From assembly GCF_006345805.1 (NCBI RefSeq), contig NC_043002.1:56482001-56546000 (forward strand): a stretch of DNA of 64,000 bases. The letters are read 5' to 3'. The notes under the pieces were generated by a model. The model searched no databases and was not told the DNA's origin. It saw only the letters and a program-made list of their open reading frames with translations. A program made the position numbers and the translations under genes. This stretch comes from Octopus sinensis (lineage: Eukaryota). Shown here in pieces: positions 25,356-38,171 of the stretch; position 1 is the stretch's first letter, and each line of letters begins with the position of its first letter.

Positions 25356-26587
25356 AGTTTCAAGTTCAATTCCTTTTGTGTTTATCACTTGGAGAACAGA
25401 CTCTTATTAGACTTACCCTAGCTATACTGAATAAATAATCTCTGCATCACTTGTATACAATGACACACACAGTTATAGAATCTGCTGACATCACCACTGC
25501 TTGTAGAAACATTTTAGGATTTTGCATCTTTTACTATTTTCTGTGGTTTGTGTTTAATTCATTTCTACCTCAATTGTCAAAAGATATCTTTGTGGTCACT
25601 GTGATGAAATAATTCTGTTAGGAGACTAGACAGCCATTCATCATTGAATGTCTGTGTTTCATGCTGGCATGGGTTGGCTGGTTTGAGAGGACCTGATGGG
25701 CCCAAGGACTGCGTCATGCTCCAATTGTCTTATTTTGGCATGGCTTCTATGGCCAGATACCCTTCTTAATGTCAAACACTTTACAGCAAACACTAGGTGC
25801 TTGTGCTAGTTTTGTACCACAAACACTAGTGAGGTCTCCATGCAGCTTGTAAGACCACAGACCTTGAGAGAGGTCATTTTATGCTAGGGTACAAGGAGTT
25901 AAAATTTGAGTGAAGGTTCCAGAATAGCTGTAGAGAAGGTACATGATTATTCACATGTAAGAAGAGGGTGGTGGGGTTGTTCAGGGTTGACCTGGCAAGA
26001 GAAGGGCTTGGGGTGTTTTCTTCTTCATACTGGTATTGTTTGAGTGAGCAGCCATCCACAGATCTCGGTTCTATATCAGTTTGTGGGTTTTTTTTTTGGT
26101 TCTGCTGATCTACTTGGGAATGGCAGTATTTCCAGCAGTATGGTTTTTCAGAATTGACTCGCCTTCCCATCATTAACTACAGGTTCCTTGGTTCAGTGAC
26201 ACCAGCTCCAAACAAGTTAAATTGAGCCAGACGACATTTAAGAAGGCCTAGAGAAATTGAATAGGCATTGTTGTCAGCAATGGTAGCATTAACCAACCTT
26301 AAGACCCCTATAGCATTTCACTGAGGCTCAACACAAGGATTTATTTAAAAAGAAAAAATTTGCAACATTTTGTTTGCTTTAATAAGTAAATGTTTTTGTT
26401 TATTTTGCAAAACAATTTTGTTTTTTATTTCTCTCTTTCTCTCTACATAGGTTTGAAATTTTTATTTTTCTCTTCATATGTGCAATACTTAATTTTTGAA
26501 ACTAATTTATTTTGAAGGGAGAAAGAAGACTGGCTGTGAAAAGAAGCAGCTGTATTCAAGTGTGTTGTGTTAGAAATCTCTGCACCA

Positions 26588-28402
26588 ATGCCAACTAAAA
26601 AATCTCAGAAATCTAAAAAAAGGAAGAAAACTCCTCATTGCAAAAATGAGGCTGATTCCAGTGATGTAGGGGCCAAAATTGAGCATAATCAAGAGACTGA
26701 AGGTGCAATGAAAGAGTCTGACCAAAAACTAGAGAAGACTATCAGATGTGATTTTTGTCACGAAGAGTTTAACCTGAAGAGTCAGTTGCGATCACATCAC
26801 CTGCTTCATGTTAGTTGCAGACCTTACCGATGCAATTACTGTTCAAAAGGATTTCTTAAGTTAGGGGACCTAACTAAACATGAACGGTCTCATACAGGGG
26901 TTAAACCTTTTAAGTGCACCTTCTGTGACAAAGCATTTACAGAATCTGGGACTCTTACTGTGCACACACGCACTCATACCGGAGACAGGCCATTTAAATG
27001 TACATACTGCACAAAAGCTTTCATTCAGTCGAGTGACTTGAAGAAGCACACTCGTATTCATACAGGTGAGAAGCCATACAAGTGCTGCTACTGTGATAGG
27101 GACTTCTCTGAGTCCAGTTCATTATCGCATCATTCTAAATTACATTTAAATGAACCAACATTTCAATGTATATACTGCAACCAAAAGTTTAAAACATTGA
27201 CACAGCTTGATGCACACAGTCATACTCACAGTGAAAATAGAATACACAAATGTGGTTATTGTGACAAGTCCTTTGCTCATCTTGGTAACCTTGCAGTGCA
27301 TACAAAGACTCACATAGAAAAGAAGCCGTTTACATGTGACTTCTGTCCTAAAACATTCTTTAGGACTGGGGATCTCCTAAAACACATCCGTACACATACA
27401 GGAGAGAAACCATTTGCATGCAGTTATTGTGATAGAAAGTTTACTGAATCTGGAACATTAAATGTACATTTACGCCGTCATACTGGTGAGAGGCCTTATG
27501 TGTGTCCTATCTGTACAAGGGCTTTTATTCAATCAAGTGATCTTAACAAGCACAAAAAGACACACAGAATTAATGACCAATATACACTCAACGAATATTT
27601 AGGTTTGCAACAGGTGCAAAATTCAATGCCAGTCAATGAGTCTTCTTATATTGAACACACTAAGATTATTTCAAGGACTTCTTTAACAGAAACCACAGGT
27701 TTGCCTCAGTTTAACGAGTCAGAGACACGAATCTATTCGTGTAAGATGTGTGATGAGAAGTTCCCTACAGAAAACGATCTGTCTGCACATATTGTGTATC
27801 ACCAAGAAGTTGCTTGCAACTCTGTTAATTCTGATTACACTCAACCATATTCCTGTGAATACTGTGAAAAAACGTTTTCACAACTGTCTAATCTTGCTGT
27901 TCATACAAAGACCCATCTTGGAGGTAAACCGTATAACTGTGATTTTTGTGATAAAGTCTATATGCGTCCCAGCGACTTGAACAAGCATATGAGATATCAC
28001 ACTGGCGACCGCCCCTATAAATGTGAGATTTGCCAAAAAGCTTTTACTGAGTCTGGTTCATTGAAGATCCACCAGCGAAGCCATACTGGGGAAAGACCTT
28101 ACAAATGTAGCCTGTGCCCCAAGGCATTTGTACAGTCGAGCGACTTGAAAAAACATATGAGAATTCATACAGGGGAAAAACCTTACAACTGCAAATTTTG
28201 CTTGAAGACATTTTCTGAATCTAGCTCTTTAACCGTCCATATGAGAAGTCATACGAAATACCGACCGTATAAGTGTAATGCGTGTGATAGAGCTTTTATA
28301 CAGTCTGGGGATTTAAAGAAACATCTGAGAACCCACACTGAAGAAGCTACAAGCTATTGCGACGGATATAGGGCTGACACTTCTTTAAGCATGCCAGTTT
28401 AA
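26588..28402 (+). CDS. C2H2 zinc finger protein, 604 aa, 17 fingers, single coding exon
   Basis: Uninterrupted ORF; 17 C-x2-C-x12-H-x3-H fingers, many with TGE(K/R)P-type linkers; basic N-terminal KKSQKSKKRKK. Likely acceptor ctctacatag| at 26450; AATAAA at 28495 and 28560. No KRAB, BTB or ZAD domain visible. Confidence 0.95.
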   Translation: MPTKKSQKSKKRKKTPHCKNEADSSDVGAKIEHNQETEGAMKESDQKLEKTIRCDFCHEEFNLKSQLRSHHLLHVSCRPYRCNYCSKGFLKLGDLTKHERSHTGVKPFKCTFCDKAFTESGTLTVHTRTHTGDRPFKCTYCTKAFIQSSDLKKHTRIHTGEKPYKCCYCDRDFSESSSLSHHSKLHLNEPTFQCIYCNQKFKTLTQLDAHSHTHSENRIHKCGYCDKSFAHLGNLAVHTKTHIEKKPFTCDFCPKTFFRTGDLLKHIRTHTGEKPFACSYCDRKFTESGTLNVHLRRHTGERPYVCPICTRAFIQSSDLNKHKKTHRINDQYTLNEYLGLQQVQNSMPVNESSYIEHTKIISRTSLTETTGLPQFNESETRIYSCKMCDEKFPTENDLSAHIVYHQEVACNSVNSDYTQPYSCEYCEKTFSQLSNLAVHTKTHLGGKPYNCDFCDKVYMRPSDLNKHMRYHTGDRPYKCEICQKAFTESGSLKIHQRSHTGERPYKCSLCPKAFVQSSDLKKHMRIHTGEKPYNCKFCLKTFSESSSLTVHMRSHTKYRPYKCNACDRAFIQSGDLKKHLRTHTEEATSYCDGYRADTSLSMPV

Positions 28403-29085
28403 ATGTTTACTACAAATTAACTGACCCCAAAATGCTTGGATAACATAAAAAAAGAATATCTTGCAGTGTTATTGTCAAGCAAATTAAATTAAAAAATAAA
28501 AGAAATTAAAGACTTTTTCCGGCACAATATTTGGGATCCTACTCTTGAACAATAATTTCAATAAATAATCCATTTGCTAAAAGTCAAAGCCCCAAAGAAA
28601 AGAAAAACCCAAACCTTGACCTTTTTGCATGTCAAACTGTGATAGGACTTTTCTAATTCAGTTCTGATCAAAAAACAAATTCAACAGGACTATTTTCATC
28701 TCACTGTCTAATTATTCCACTTAAATAAAAAACAAAATTATATTTATTTTGTTTAATTTATATTAATTCTAATTCTTTTGCTGGACAGCAACACTTACGT
28801 TTTTGTCCAGTTGAATAGTTGCCTACCCTTTTTTAAAAATAATTATTTAAAATAAAAAGTCGCAGTGAGTTGACCAAAAAATGGTAGAATCTTGAGATTT
28901 AATGTCTTATTTTGTTTGATCTTTCTTAAATACAGAGACACAACACAGCAGAAATTTGATTTAATGAAAAACAAACAAATGAAGAACTATTTGTACTTCA
29001 TTTGGCTACTATGAGGTACTTTGTTTTAATGTACAGGGTTACTATAGCAACTTGGTCATGTCACAAAACTATTTTCTCCCTAATA

Positions 29086-29254
29086 GGCATGGCTTTGTGG
29101 TAAGAAGTTTGCTTCCCAACCACATGGTTCCAGGTTCAGTCACACTGTGTGACACCTTGAGCAAGCATCTTCTACTATAGCCTCAGGCCAACCAAAGTTT
29201 TGTGAGTGGATTTGGTAAATGGAAACTGAAAGAAGCCCAGCATCTGTATGTGTG

Positions 29255-29285
<31 letters not shown>

Positions 29286-29467
29286 GTCTGTCTGTCCCCT
29301 ATCACTACTTGACAACCGGTGTTGGTGCAGTTATGTTCCTGTAACTGAGTGGTTTGGCAAAAGGACCCAAAGAACAAGTACCAGGATTGATTCATCTGGC
29401 TAAAAATTCTTCAAGGTGGTGCCCCAGCATGGCCACAGTCTAATGACTGAAACAAATAAAAGATAAC
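29086..29467 (+). mobile_element. SINE family A
   Basis: Full head, core, (TA)n and tail. Confidence 0.85.
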
Positions 29468-29699
29468 ACTTTTGTGCTGTACTTCTTGGCAACACATATT
29501 ACTCTACTTTGCCCTCGTCTACTAAGCTAACAAGGAAAACCTTCGTTGTGGTTGTTGAATATTTAATTATCAGCATTAGCCAGTTGTGTCAACAGTGTAT
29601 GTGTTTGGGGTGGAATGGAGATCTAAACCATGCTGCCAACAGACGGGGGGAATGGAAAAACTGACAAAAGCCAAAATTAAAAAAAAAAAAAATCATTCT

Positions 29700-30085
29700 T
29701 TACCTTTTATTTGATTCAGTTAGGAAACGGTGGGCCATGCTGGAACAAGTGCCTTGAAAAATTTTTTGTTGAATAAATTGATACCGAGTACTTGCTCTCA
29801 TTTTTAAAGCTTGGTACTTACTCTCTCAGTTTTTTTGTTGAACCGCTAAGTTACGGGGGAAATAAACACAACACTAGTTGTCAGGTGGTGGTGGAGGACA
29901 AAGACACACACACTCACACACATATATATATATATACAATGAGTTTCTTTCAGTTTCCATCTACCAGTTCCACTCACAAGGTTTTTGTTGACCCAAGGCT
30001 TGCCTAAGATGTCATGCAGTAGGACTGAACCCAGAACTATGTGATTGGGAAGCAAGCTTCTTACTACACAACCACATCTGTGCCT
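29700..30085 (-). mobile_element. SINE family A
   Basis: Reverse-complement full copy, arranged tail-to-tail with the 29086 copy. Confidence 0.8.
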
Positions 30086-30619
30086 ATTTTATATAAATAT
30101 TTTTCAGTATTTAGGCATTTGCATATATACTGGCAGTACCACATGAACATTCCATGGTCCATTGTCAGCCATAAAACATCTCTTTACTCATTAATAATAT
30201 CCTGTCATTTCTTTCAGAATTCTTTGATTAATTTCCAGGAAATCCTGTCTATTCTCTCCGGTCATGTTTTTTCTTCTAACCTGTTTTCTAATTCTGGCTT
30301 GTGTGATATATTCTTAGCATATTTTGTCTTGATTAACAATTCTCATTCTCTCTAAATTAGCTTCAGCTTTGTCGTTTGTCACACAACTATCGTACAGACA
30401 CTTTCCCTTTTCAATAGCATGACAAATTTTTTTTATACCACAGGAGTTTATCATTAATACTTGAATATGAGAGAAAATGCTGTGAATTTAAAGCATAAAG
30501 CACCAGTTCTATAATCTTTCATTTCCACTTTTGGTGAAAGGTGTTTGGGCTAAATTTAACCTTTTTTTTTTTAATGTCTCCTTATTTTTCAGGAAGAGTC
30601 AACAGTGTTGGAGAGCATT

Positions 30620-31430
30620 AAGGTTAAAGTTGTAAATGAAAAAAGTTAGTTGACATGGTAGACTGGAAGCCATCTGAATATTGGACAAGAGTTATTTGTA
30701 TCATGATAATTCATGCAGGGTGTCAAAATGCTGATATTATGGCTGTTGCTCAATGCTCTGTGAATACTGCAAAGACTGTAAAACACGACATAGAAATTAT
30801 GAAGACCAAGTCCCCCCAGACTGTGATGGTCTTTGGGTGTGTTTCCAGTGAAGGATGACATGCTACCTCAAGATTTTTGAGCAAGGCCTTAGGCTCAGTT
30901 CAGATGGCTATGTGAAGCTGCTGGACACTGGTCAAACCCTGGTTGGAGAGGGTTGCTGCTGGAAGTTCATATATGTGGTAGCAAGGTTTGGTTCCTTGCC
31001 ATAACTCCAGAAAAAAGTCAGAAGTGATGGAGAATTTCTACAACTTCACCAGACCCAATTTCTGCCCCCCCCCCCGATCGTAATCCCGTATGTGGGGTAC
31101 AGTTGAGAAAGACACTAATCGCTAAGCTGGTGGCCAAGATCAAGGAGGGCTTTGAAGATCTTCCCAGGGACACAATGAAGAATGCATGCACCACATTCCA
31201 GAGCCATCTTGAGGCCATGGTGTAAGCTGTGAGCAGCTACTTGGAGTAAACCGTTCTCTTCCAGCTGTACTCTAGTTTTATTTTTGGATGGGATATTGTG
31301 TTTTGTTTTGCCAAATTTAGTCGGAATGCCCTGTAGATCTGTTACACCAGTCGGGTGCTGTAATGTGGAAAATTCTAACCTGGAGGGAATAAACACTAAA
31401 ACTACAACTGTAAGTCATTAACAGTTTTAT
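30620..31430 (+). mobile_element. Decayed, internally deleted mariner (DD37D-like)
   Basis: MKTKSPQTVMVFGCVSSEG..GYVKLL..VKPWLERVAAG..VWGTVEKDTN, with stops and frameshifts. Confidence 0.8.
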
Positions 31431-31497
31431 ATTCTGGTGCCTGATCAGACATTTCAATGCAACAAAGTAGAATGTATAATAAAAATTTCATTTAATG

Positions 31498-31503
31498 TTT
31501 ATT
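31498..31503 (-). terminator. THOC7: Candidate THOC7 polyadenylation signal (AATAAA)
   Basis: tttatt on +, 63 nt past the stop codon. Confidence 0.45.
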
Positions 31504-31565
31504 TCAATATAAAAACAGACATAAAAAAAAAAGGCTTGAACAAGTAACAGGACATCTTTAAAGAA

Positions 31566-31600
31566 TTAATTAGTCTCCATGTCTTCTTTCTTTTCATCAT
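31566..31600 (-). CDS. THOC7: THO complex subunit 7, last coding exon ((D)DEKKEDMETN*)
   Basis: Acceptor tttttctttttcag|; phase 1 continues from the previous exon; acidic tail with MET(D/N) resembles the vertebrate C-terminus. Confidence 0.8.
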
Positions 31601-31877
31601 CTGAAAAAGAAAAATTACACGTGTGTGTGTGTTAATTTTAAATTAAACAGTCGCCTTTTTAATATAAATAATATCAAACATAGATTTGAGATAAAAAAAT
31701 AAACCTTCCTACAGTCAATGCAAAACAACAGTACATGAACACCCATCCATCCATCCTTCTTTCCTCTTCTGTGTGTGTGTCTAAAATTATTGGAGAGCTG
31801 ACTGACATAAGTGTAGGATAGATAAGAACTGAATTGGTCAGACAGGTCAGATACTTAAAATCCAACTTCCCAAGACC

Positions 31878-32371
31878 TCAGTTGATGAAAACCAGAGAAA
31901 AGGAAGATTAGGTATATTATAAGGGCAAGTGAAAACATGGCAGTTTGTCTTGCAGGGAAGATTTTAGGTAATGAGAAAAGGTCCTTGTAGAACCTATGAA
32001 AATTATGTCAGAGAAACGAATTAGGGGAAGAGCTTGTTGTGGTGTAATATAGCAACTCACAGCAACACAATCTACAAGCTTACCTATTTACAATGTAGGG
32101 CTGTCCACCACAAACCACTCTATAATCTGTCCTGATCCCCAGTTTATAGTGGAACTCCCTACATAGCTTGTGTTACTGAGAGTTGATATATTACACCAGA
32201 ACAAGCTCTTCCCATTAATTCACTTCTCTAAAGTAATTTTCATGTAACAGCACAAGTTCTACAAGGACCTTTTCTCATTACCACTTACTGCTTCCCTGCA
32301 AAGTAGACCACCTTGTTTTCACCTGCCTTTATATGCCTAATCTTCCTCTTCTCTGCTTTTCATAGTACTGA
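31878..32371. repeat. Old foldback element, ~200-bp inverted arms at roughly 80% identity by eye
   Basis: 31878-32075 is the reverse complement of 32164-32371, e.g. ggtaatgagaaaaggtccttgtagaac versus gttctacaaggaccttttctcattacc. Confidence 0.8.
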
Positions 32372-32449
32372 TTCCTCTTTAGTTACCCTACCTCTTTCCT
32401 AAGGATTCCCTTCTTTCCCCTCTACTTTTGTCCTTACCACCACTACTCT

Positions 32450-32715
32450 ATCGTTGTCGTTTAATGTCCGCTTTCCATGCTGGCATGAATTGACTGGTGA
32501 GTCAGAAGGCTACACCAGGCTCAATCTGATCTGGCAAAGTTTCTACAGCTGGATGCGCTTCCTAATGCCAACCACTTCGAGAGTAGTGGGTGCTTTTGCA
32601 TGCCATCAGTACGAGAGCCAGTCAGGCGGTTCTGGCAATGACCATGCTCAAAAGGTTTTTTACATGCTACCTGCACTGGAGCCAGTCCGGTGGCACTGGC
32701 AACGACCACACTCGA
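32450..32715 (-). mobile_element. RTE 3' tail
   Basis: cgtttaatgtccgctttccatgctggcatg tail plus hairpin units. Confidence 0.75.
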
Positions 32716-33263
32716 ATGTTGTTGTTTTTTTTAATATTTGTAAACACTGCAATGAAATGCATCTTTAGCCATATACTTTGGATGAGGGTGAGCTGGCTTC
32801 ACCCAATGGAATTCTTAGAACTTGTCTTACTTCAGGACATCATGGCTTTTTATTATGTATAAACATAGTTACAGCATAAGTCGGGATTCTCTTGAAACAG
32901 CTGTTAGCATAAGACATAAGTCTCTTCTTTATTCGGTATCTTGTGAATATAAGCGATAAGCCTACTTAGGTTTATCTGTCTTTTTACTTCTATAGAGGCA
33001 GAAGGGGTGTGATTTGAAGGAGATTTGGTTGCTATTTCTGTTCTGACAGTGGAAGTTGGCTGTGTTTAAAGTTAGATGTTGGGATGTAAGGCTTCCCAGA
33101 TGAAACAGGATTAAGATAACTGGCAACCCACCATACTCTACACTTGTTTGACTCATGCCAACATATAAAACTGGTTTGAAATGGTAAGACGCAGGATTAC
33201 ACACAGACACGTGGAGAATCAATTTGATCATTAAAAGTTGAGAAAAGGCATAATTATTATTAT

Positions 33264-33705
33264 GGAGATGGTGTCCTGGCAGAATCATTAGCATACTGGG
33301 CAAAAATGCTTAGAGACATTTCATATGTTCTGGGTTCAAATCTCACAAATGTCTACTTTGCCTTTCATCCTTTTGAGGGTTGATGAAATAAGTACTAGTT
33401 ATGCACTGGAGTCAATGTAATTAACTAGCCCCTTCACCCCAAATTTCTGACCTTGTGCCGACAGAAGAAAGGACTATTATTAATATTATGAAGGTGGTGA
33501 GCTGGCGACCAATTATTAGCATGTTGGATAAAATACTCAGCAGCATGTCTTCAGGTTATGTTTTGAGCTCAAATACAGACATGGTTGGCTTTGCCTTTCA
33601 TTCATTTAGGGGCCGATAAATAAAGTACGAATTGAACACTGGAGTCAATATAATCGACTTAGCCAGGCACCTGAAATTGCCGGCCTTGTGCCAAAATGCG
33701 AAATC
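33264..33705 (+). mobile_element. Two tandem SINE family B copies
   Basis: Heads at ~33264 and ~33491; each has ttgcctttcat..gat(g)aaataagtac. Confidence 0.8.
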
Positions 33706-34046
33706 ATCATCATTATTATTAGCAGCAGCAGCACTTTTATGCAAATGAAGACAGGGTTATCATTTCTGATAACAATATCTGTTAAATTTCTCTAGGTCTT
33801 TCAACTGCAATCTGACCTCGTCAGATAAAAGTATCTCAATCTTTATTGAAAAAAATATATATATAGACACATATCAAGAAGGGCTTTTTTTAAAACTCTT
33901 TCAAACAAACAATTAAGGTTTATTAATATGTTTGTGCATGTTTAATCTGACCTTTGACCTGCTTGCTGAGCTATTTTGATTTAGGTGAATAAATGGTTAT
34001 CTTTGCATTTCAATCTAAGCTCTAACACAATTGTGTGTGTATATAT

Positions 34047-36897
34047 ATCATCATCATCGTTTAACGTCTGCTTTCCATGCTAGCATGGGTTGGACGATTT
34101 TGACTGAGGGCTGGCGAACCAGATAGCTGCACCAAGCTCCAATCTTGATCTGGCAGAGTTTCTACAGCTGGATGCCCTTCTTAACGCCAAGAGTGTAGTT
34201 GGTGCTTTTACGTGCCACTGGCATGGGGCCAGTAAGGCGGTACTGGCAATGACCTCACTCGAATCTTTTTACACATGCCACCTGCACAGGTGCCAGTAAG
34301 GCGACATTGGTAATGATCACGCTCGAATGGTGCCGGCACAGAGCAAGTTGGCTGCTCTGGCAACGATCATGTTCGGATGGTGCTCTTGGCACCCTACAAG
34401 CACAGGTACAAGTGCCAGTAAGGCGATGCTGGTAACGATCACACTCGAATGGTGCCCTTTTATGTACCACTAGCACGGAAGCTGGTTAGCCGCTTTGTCA
34501 ATGATCACCCTTGTATGGTGCTCTTTGCATCCTGCTAGCACAGATGCTAGTCATTGAATTTGATTTTGTTTTCACTTGCCTCAACAGGTCTTCACAAGAA
34601 GAGTTTAGTGACCAAAGAAGGAAAAGGTACGCATAAGTGGGCTGGTTACGCTCCTGGCATAGGCCACAGGTTATGGTCTCATTTGGCTTGCTGGGTCTTC
34701 TCAAGCACAGCATATTTCCAAAAGTCTCGGTCACTAGTCATTTCCTTGGTGAGGCCTAATGTTCAAAGGTTGTGCTTTACCACTTCGTCCCAGGTCTTCT
34801 TATGTGTCCATAGCTTACACTGGGTACATCTTATAGAGTTTCTACCAATGCCTCTACTACAGATTGAGCAGGGCCATCTACCTGAAGGGATTTGTGGTTT
34901 GCCTGCCTTCCTACTTATTAGGACTTTGGTTTTAGCAAGGTTGATTCTAAGGCCCTTTGATTCTAATCCTTGTTTCCACACTTGAAACTTCTCCTCTAGT
35001 TCTGATAGTGACTCAGCAATTAGAGCAAGATCATCAGCATAGAGGAGCTCCCAGGGGCATCCTGTCTTCAATTCCTCTGTTATTGCTTGGAAGGCTATGA
35101 TAAATAGGAGGGGGCTGAGGACTGAAACTTGGTGGACCCCTACCTCTACCCTGAATTCTTCAGTGTATTTGTTGCCAACCCTCACCTTACAGCGTCCCTG
35201 TACATGGCTTGCACAGCTCTCACTAACCATTCATCTATCCCTAGTTTCCTCATTGACCACCAGATAAGGGATCAGGGGACCCTGTCAAAGGCTTTTTCCA
35301 TGTCAACAAAAGCCAGGTACAGGGGCTTATCTTTGGCTAGCTATTTCTCCCGAAGGCGGCGAGCTGGCAGAACCATTAGCATGCCGGGCGAAATGCATGG
35401 CCGTATTTCGTCTGCCGTAACGTTCTGAGTTCAAATTCCACTGAGGTCGACTTTGCCTTTCATCCTTTTGGGATCGATTAAATAAGTACCAGTTACACAC
35501 TGGGGTCGATGTAATCGACTTAATCTGTGTGTCTGTCCTTATTTGTCCCCTCTGTGTTTAGCCCCTTGTGGGTAGTAAAGAAATAGGTATTTCTCCTGCA
35601 GCTGTCTTACTGCTACACCAGTCATTGGGTATGACTCCTTCGTGTATTACCTGGTTAACTATACAGGTGACTAGGCTATAGCTGACACTGCCAGATATTT
35701 TGAGCATCTCTGGTAATTCCAGATCGGCCTGGGGCTTTCCCTGTCTTCATACTTCTAATTGCCTTATCTACCAAGGTACCTCTGTTGGGTTGACATTCGG
35801 CAGACTCTCTTTCTCCCATTCATTTTCTTTATTCAGCAACCGTTCATAATGGCGTCTCCAAACCTCTCTCTTTGCATCCTCATTTAGCACAAGTGAACCA
35901 TCATCCATGCGAACACATTTCTCTCCTACTACATCATGATTCTCTCTCACACACCGTCTTGCAATATGAAATACCTCAAGTCTTTGGTCCTCATGGCGCA
36001 GAACATTGGCAAATTTTTTCTTATCTGTTTCCCCTCTGGCTAAATAAACCTGCCTCCTAGCTTCCCTTCTGGCAGTCTGATATACTTCCCTGCTACCACT
36101 GCTCTCCCAGTCCTTCCAAGCCTGTTTCTTTTGTCTAATAGCCTTGTCAACAACATTGTTCTACCACCACGTTATTTTGGGTAGAGAGGGGACTTTGCAC
36201 CATCCACAGATCTGGTTGGTGGCCCTTAGCAGGTTGTCCCGTAGGAACCTCCAGTTGTCTTCTATACCATGTGAAGCTATATCCCCTTCTATTTTGTCAA
36301 AGGCTTCGAGTAATATGTCTCTAAATATCTGTTCATTTGCAGGATCTTTAAGTCTCTAGATCCTTCTTGTTGCTGGGCATCCATTTAGCCCTGATCCTGA
36401 AGTCACTAACTACCAGTCTATGTTGTGGGATACATTCTTCGCCTGGGAAGGTTTTGGCATTTATAAGCAGCCATCTTTCCTTTTTTTTTGGTGAGGATGT
36501 AGTCAATCTGACTAGTGTGTCTGCCTGAGTGGTAGGTGGCTAGCAGATTTTCTGAAGTTAGTATTGCAAACCATAAGACCATTTGTATCACAGAACTCCA
36601 GCAGCCTGGTTCCCTCCTCATTGCGAGAGCCAATACCGTAGCCTCCATGTATGCCATGGAAGCCCTCGACATGTTGTCCAACATGTCCATTGAAGTCACC
36701 AGCCACAAAGAGAAGGTCTCTGTCATTTGTCAATGCGGTAGTCTGCAAGAGGGTGTCATAGAATTAGTCTTTCTGTCTATCAGGTAGCCCTGGCTGAGGG
36801 GCATAGGCCGAGATAATGGTTGCTAACCCATGATGGAGCACTAATCTAATCTTAAGTATTCTGACTACCTCAATTACCTTATCTACCCATTTCTCCA
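34047..36897 (-). mobile_element. RTE-clade LINE (EN-RT), 5'-truncated, internally deleted, split by a SINE
   Basis: EN: ISAYAPQ, VAGDFNGHVG, QIDYIL. RT: FVDMEKAFD, VGVHQVSVLSP, LYADD. (CAT)n tail at 34047. Confidence 0.93.
35352..35596 (+). mobile_element. Young long-form SINE family B nested in the RTE RT domain, 13-bp TSD
   Basis: A-box-like gctggcagaacc and B-box gagttcaaattcc. TSD tag(c/g)tatttctcc at 35338-35350 and 35584-35596. Confidence 0.92.
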
Positions 36898-37649
36898 CAC
36901 ACACACACACACACACAAATATTTGGTTCAAAATGATACACAAAAGACAGTGACAGGTGAGAGATTATCAAACAGGATGCACAGGAAAAAATAGAAGTTT
37001 TTGATGTTCTGAACCTATGCTCTCCTACAGAAAGGAATGAGGTATAATATACCATGTCCGGATTAAACACAAATTACATCTATACATGAGGAGGTACAGA
37101 AGGTAATGGTGGGAGTTGCATTATACGAGATCGTTTGGAACAGGAGTCGTTGGACTAAACATTTGAGTCAGACAAAGTTATCTCCCTGTCACTAAAAATA
37201 CAATCAAGCCTCACTGAGCCGCAGCTTTTTGTAGCTTGGTGCCTCATGGTAATTATCCATATTTTCGTATTTTATCTTATGCAGCATCTGCCCCTTTTTT
37301 ACATCTTTGTGTGAATTAGTGCCCTTTCTTATTTTAAATTTTTCAAGAAATTATGGGAGTGAAGACTTCATCAACATTGCTTTTAACACCCATTTTTCCA
37401 TGCTTGTTTGGGTTGCTTGAAATTTGCAGAGGTAGATATTCTACAGCCAGATCCTCACCTGTTTCCGTTTGAGATAATATTTTCTCTGCAGGAAGACATA
37501 TTTTTATGCCAGATAGGAAACAAATGACACTACTTGTATGATTGTGACACTCGTTTATAACTCACGTGACAAGGGCACACGTAAACACACACACATCTGA
37601 CCCACGAGAGCATAGAAAAGTGGTTGTTGAAACGACAACGATTCTATAC

Positions 37650-37830
37650 ATACACATAAAATGCACTCAGTCCACTCTGTGTAGTGGTTGGTGTTAGGAA
37701 GGGCATCCAGCCGTAAAAACCCTGCCAAAACAGACACAGAAGTCTGGTGCATCTCTCTGGCATACCAGTTCCAGTCAAACTGCCCAACCCATGCTAGCAT
37801 GGAAAGCGGACGTTAAATGACGATGATGAC
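37650..37830 (+). mobile_element. RTE 3' tail
   Basis: Ends ccaacccatgctagcatggaaagcggacgttaaatgacgatgatg. Confidence 0.8.
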
Positions 37831-38171
37831 ATGCACGTGTACAGGCTTCTTTCAGCTTCTGTCCCCTGGCTCCACTCACAAGGCTTTCTATGTCAGGGCC
37901 CATAGTTGAGGAGACTTGCCCAAGGTGCTGCACAGTGGGATTGAACTCTAGATCTCATGTTTGAGAAGCAAACTTCTAAACCATACAACCATGTCTGCAC
38001 CGAAAATGCAACAACATCACATCGGATCTTGGCATGGCTTCCTTTAGGTTTCAGTCCCTCTCTTAACACAATGTTTAACTTATATTTTAATTCCAACAAA
38101 GAGTTTTTTTTTTTTTTTAAAACTGTGTTGAGATTTCCTGCTTTTTGTGAGCTGACAATGCCACCAAAAGG

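Noticed and set aside
35352-35450. SINE heads as true tRNA genes
   Set aside because: A and B boxes are present but there is no complete cloverleaf, and each continues into a SINE body.
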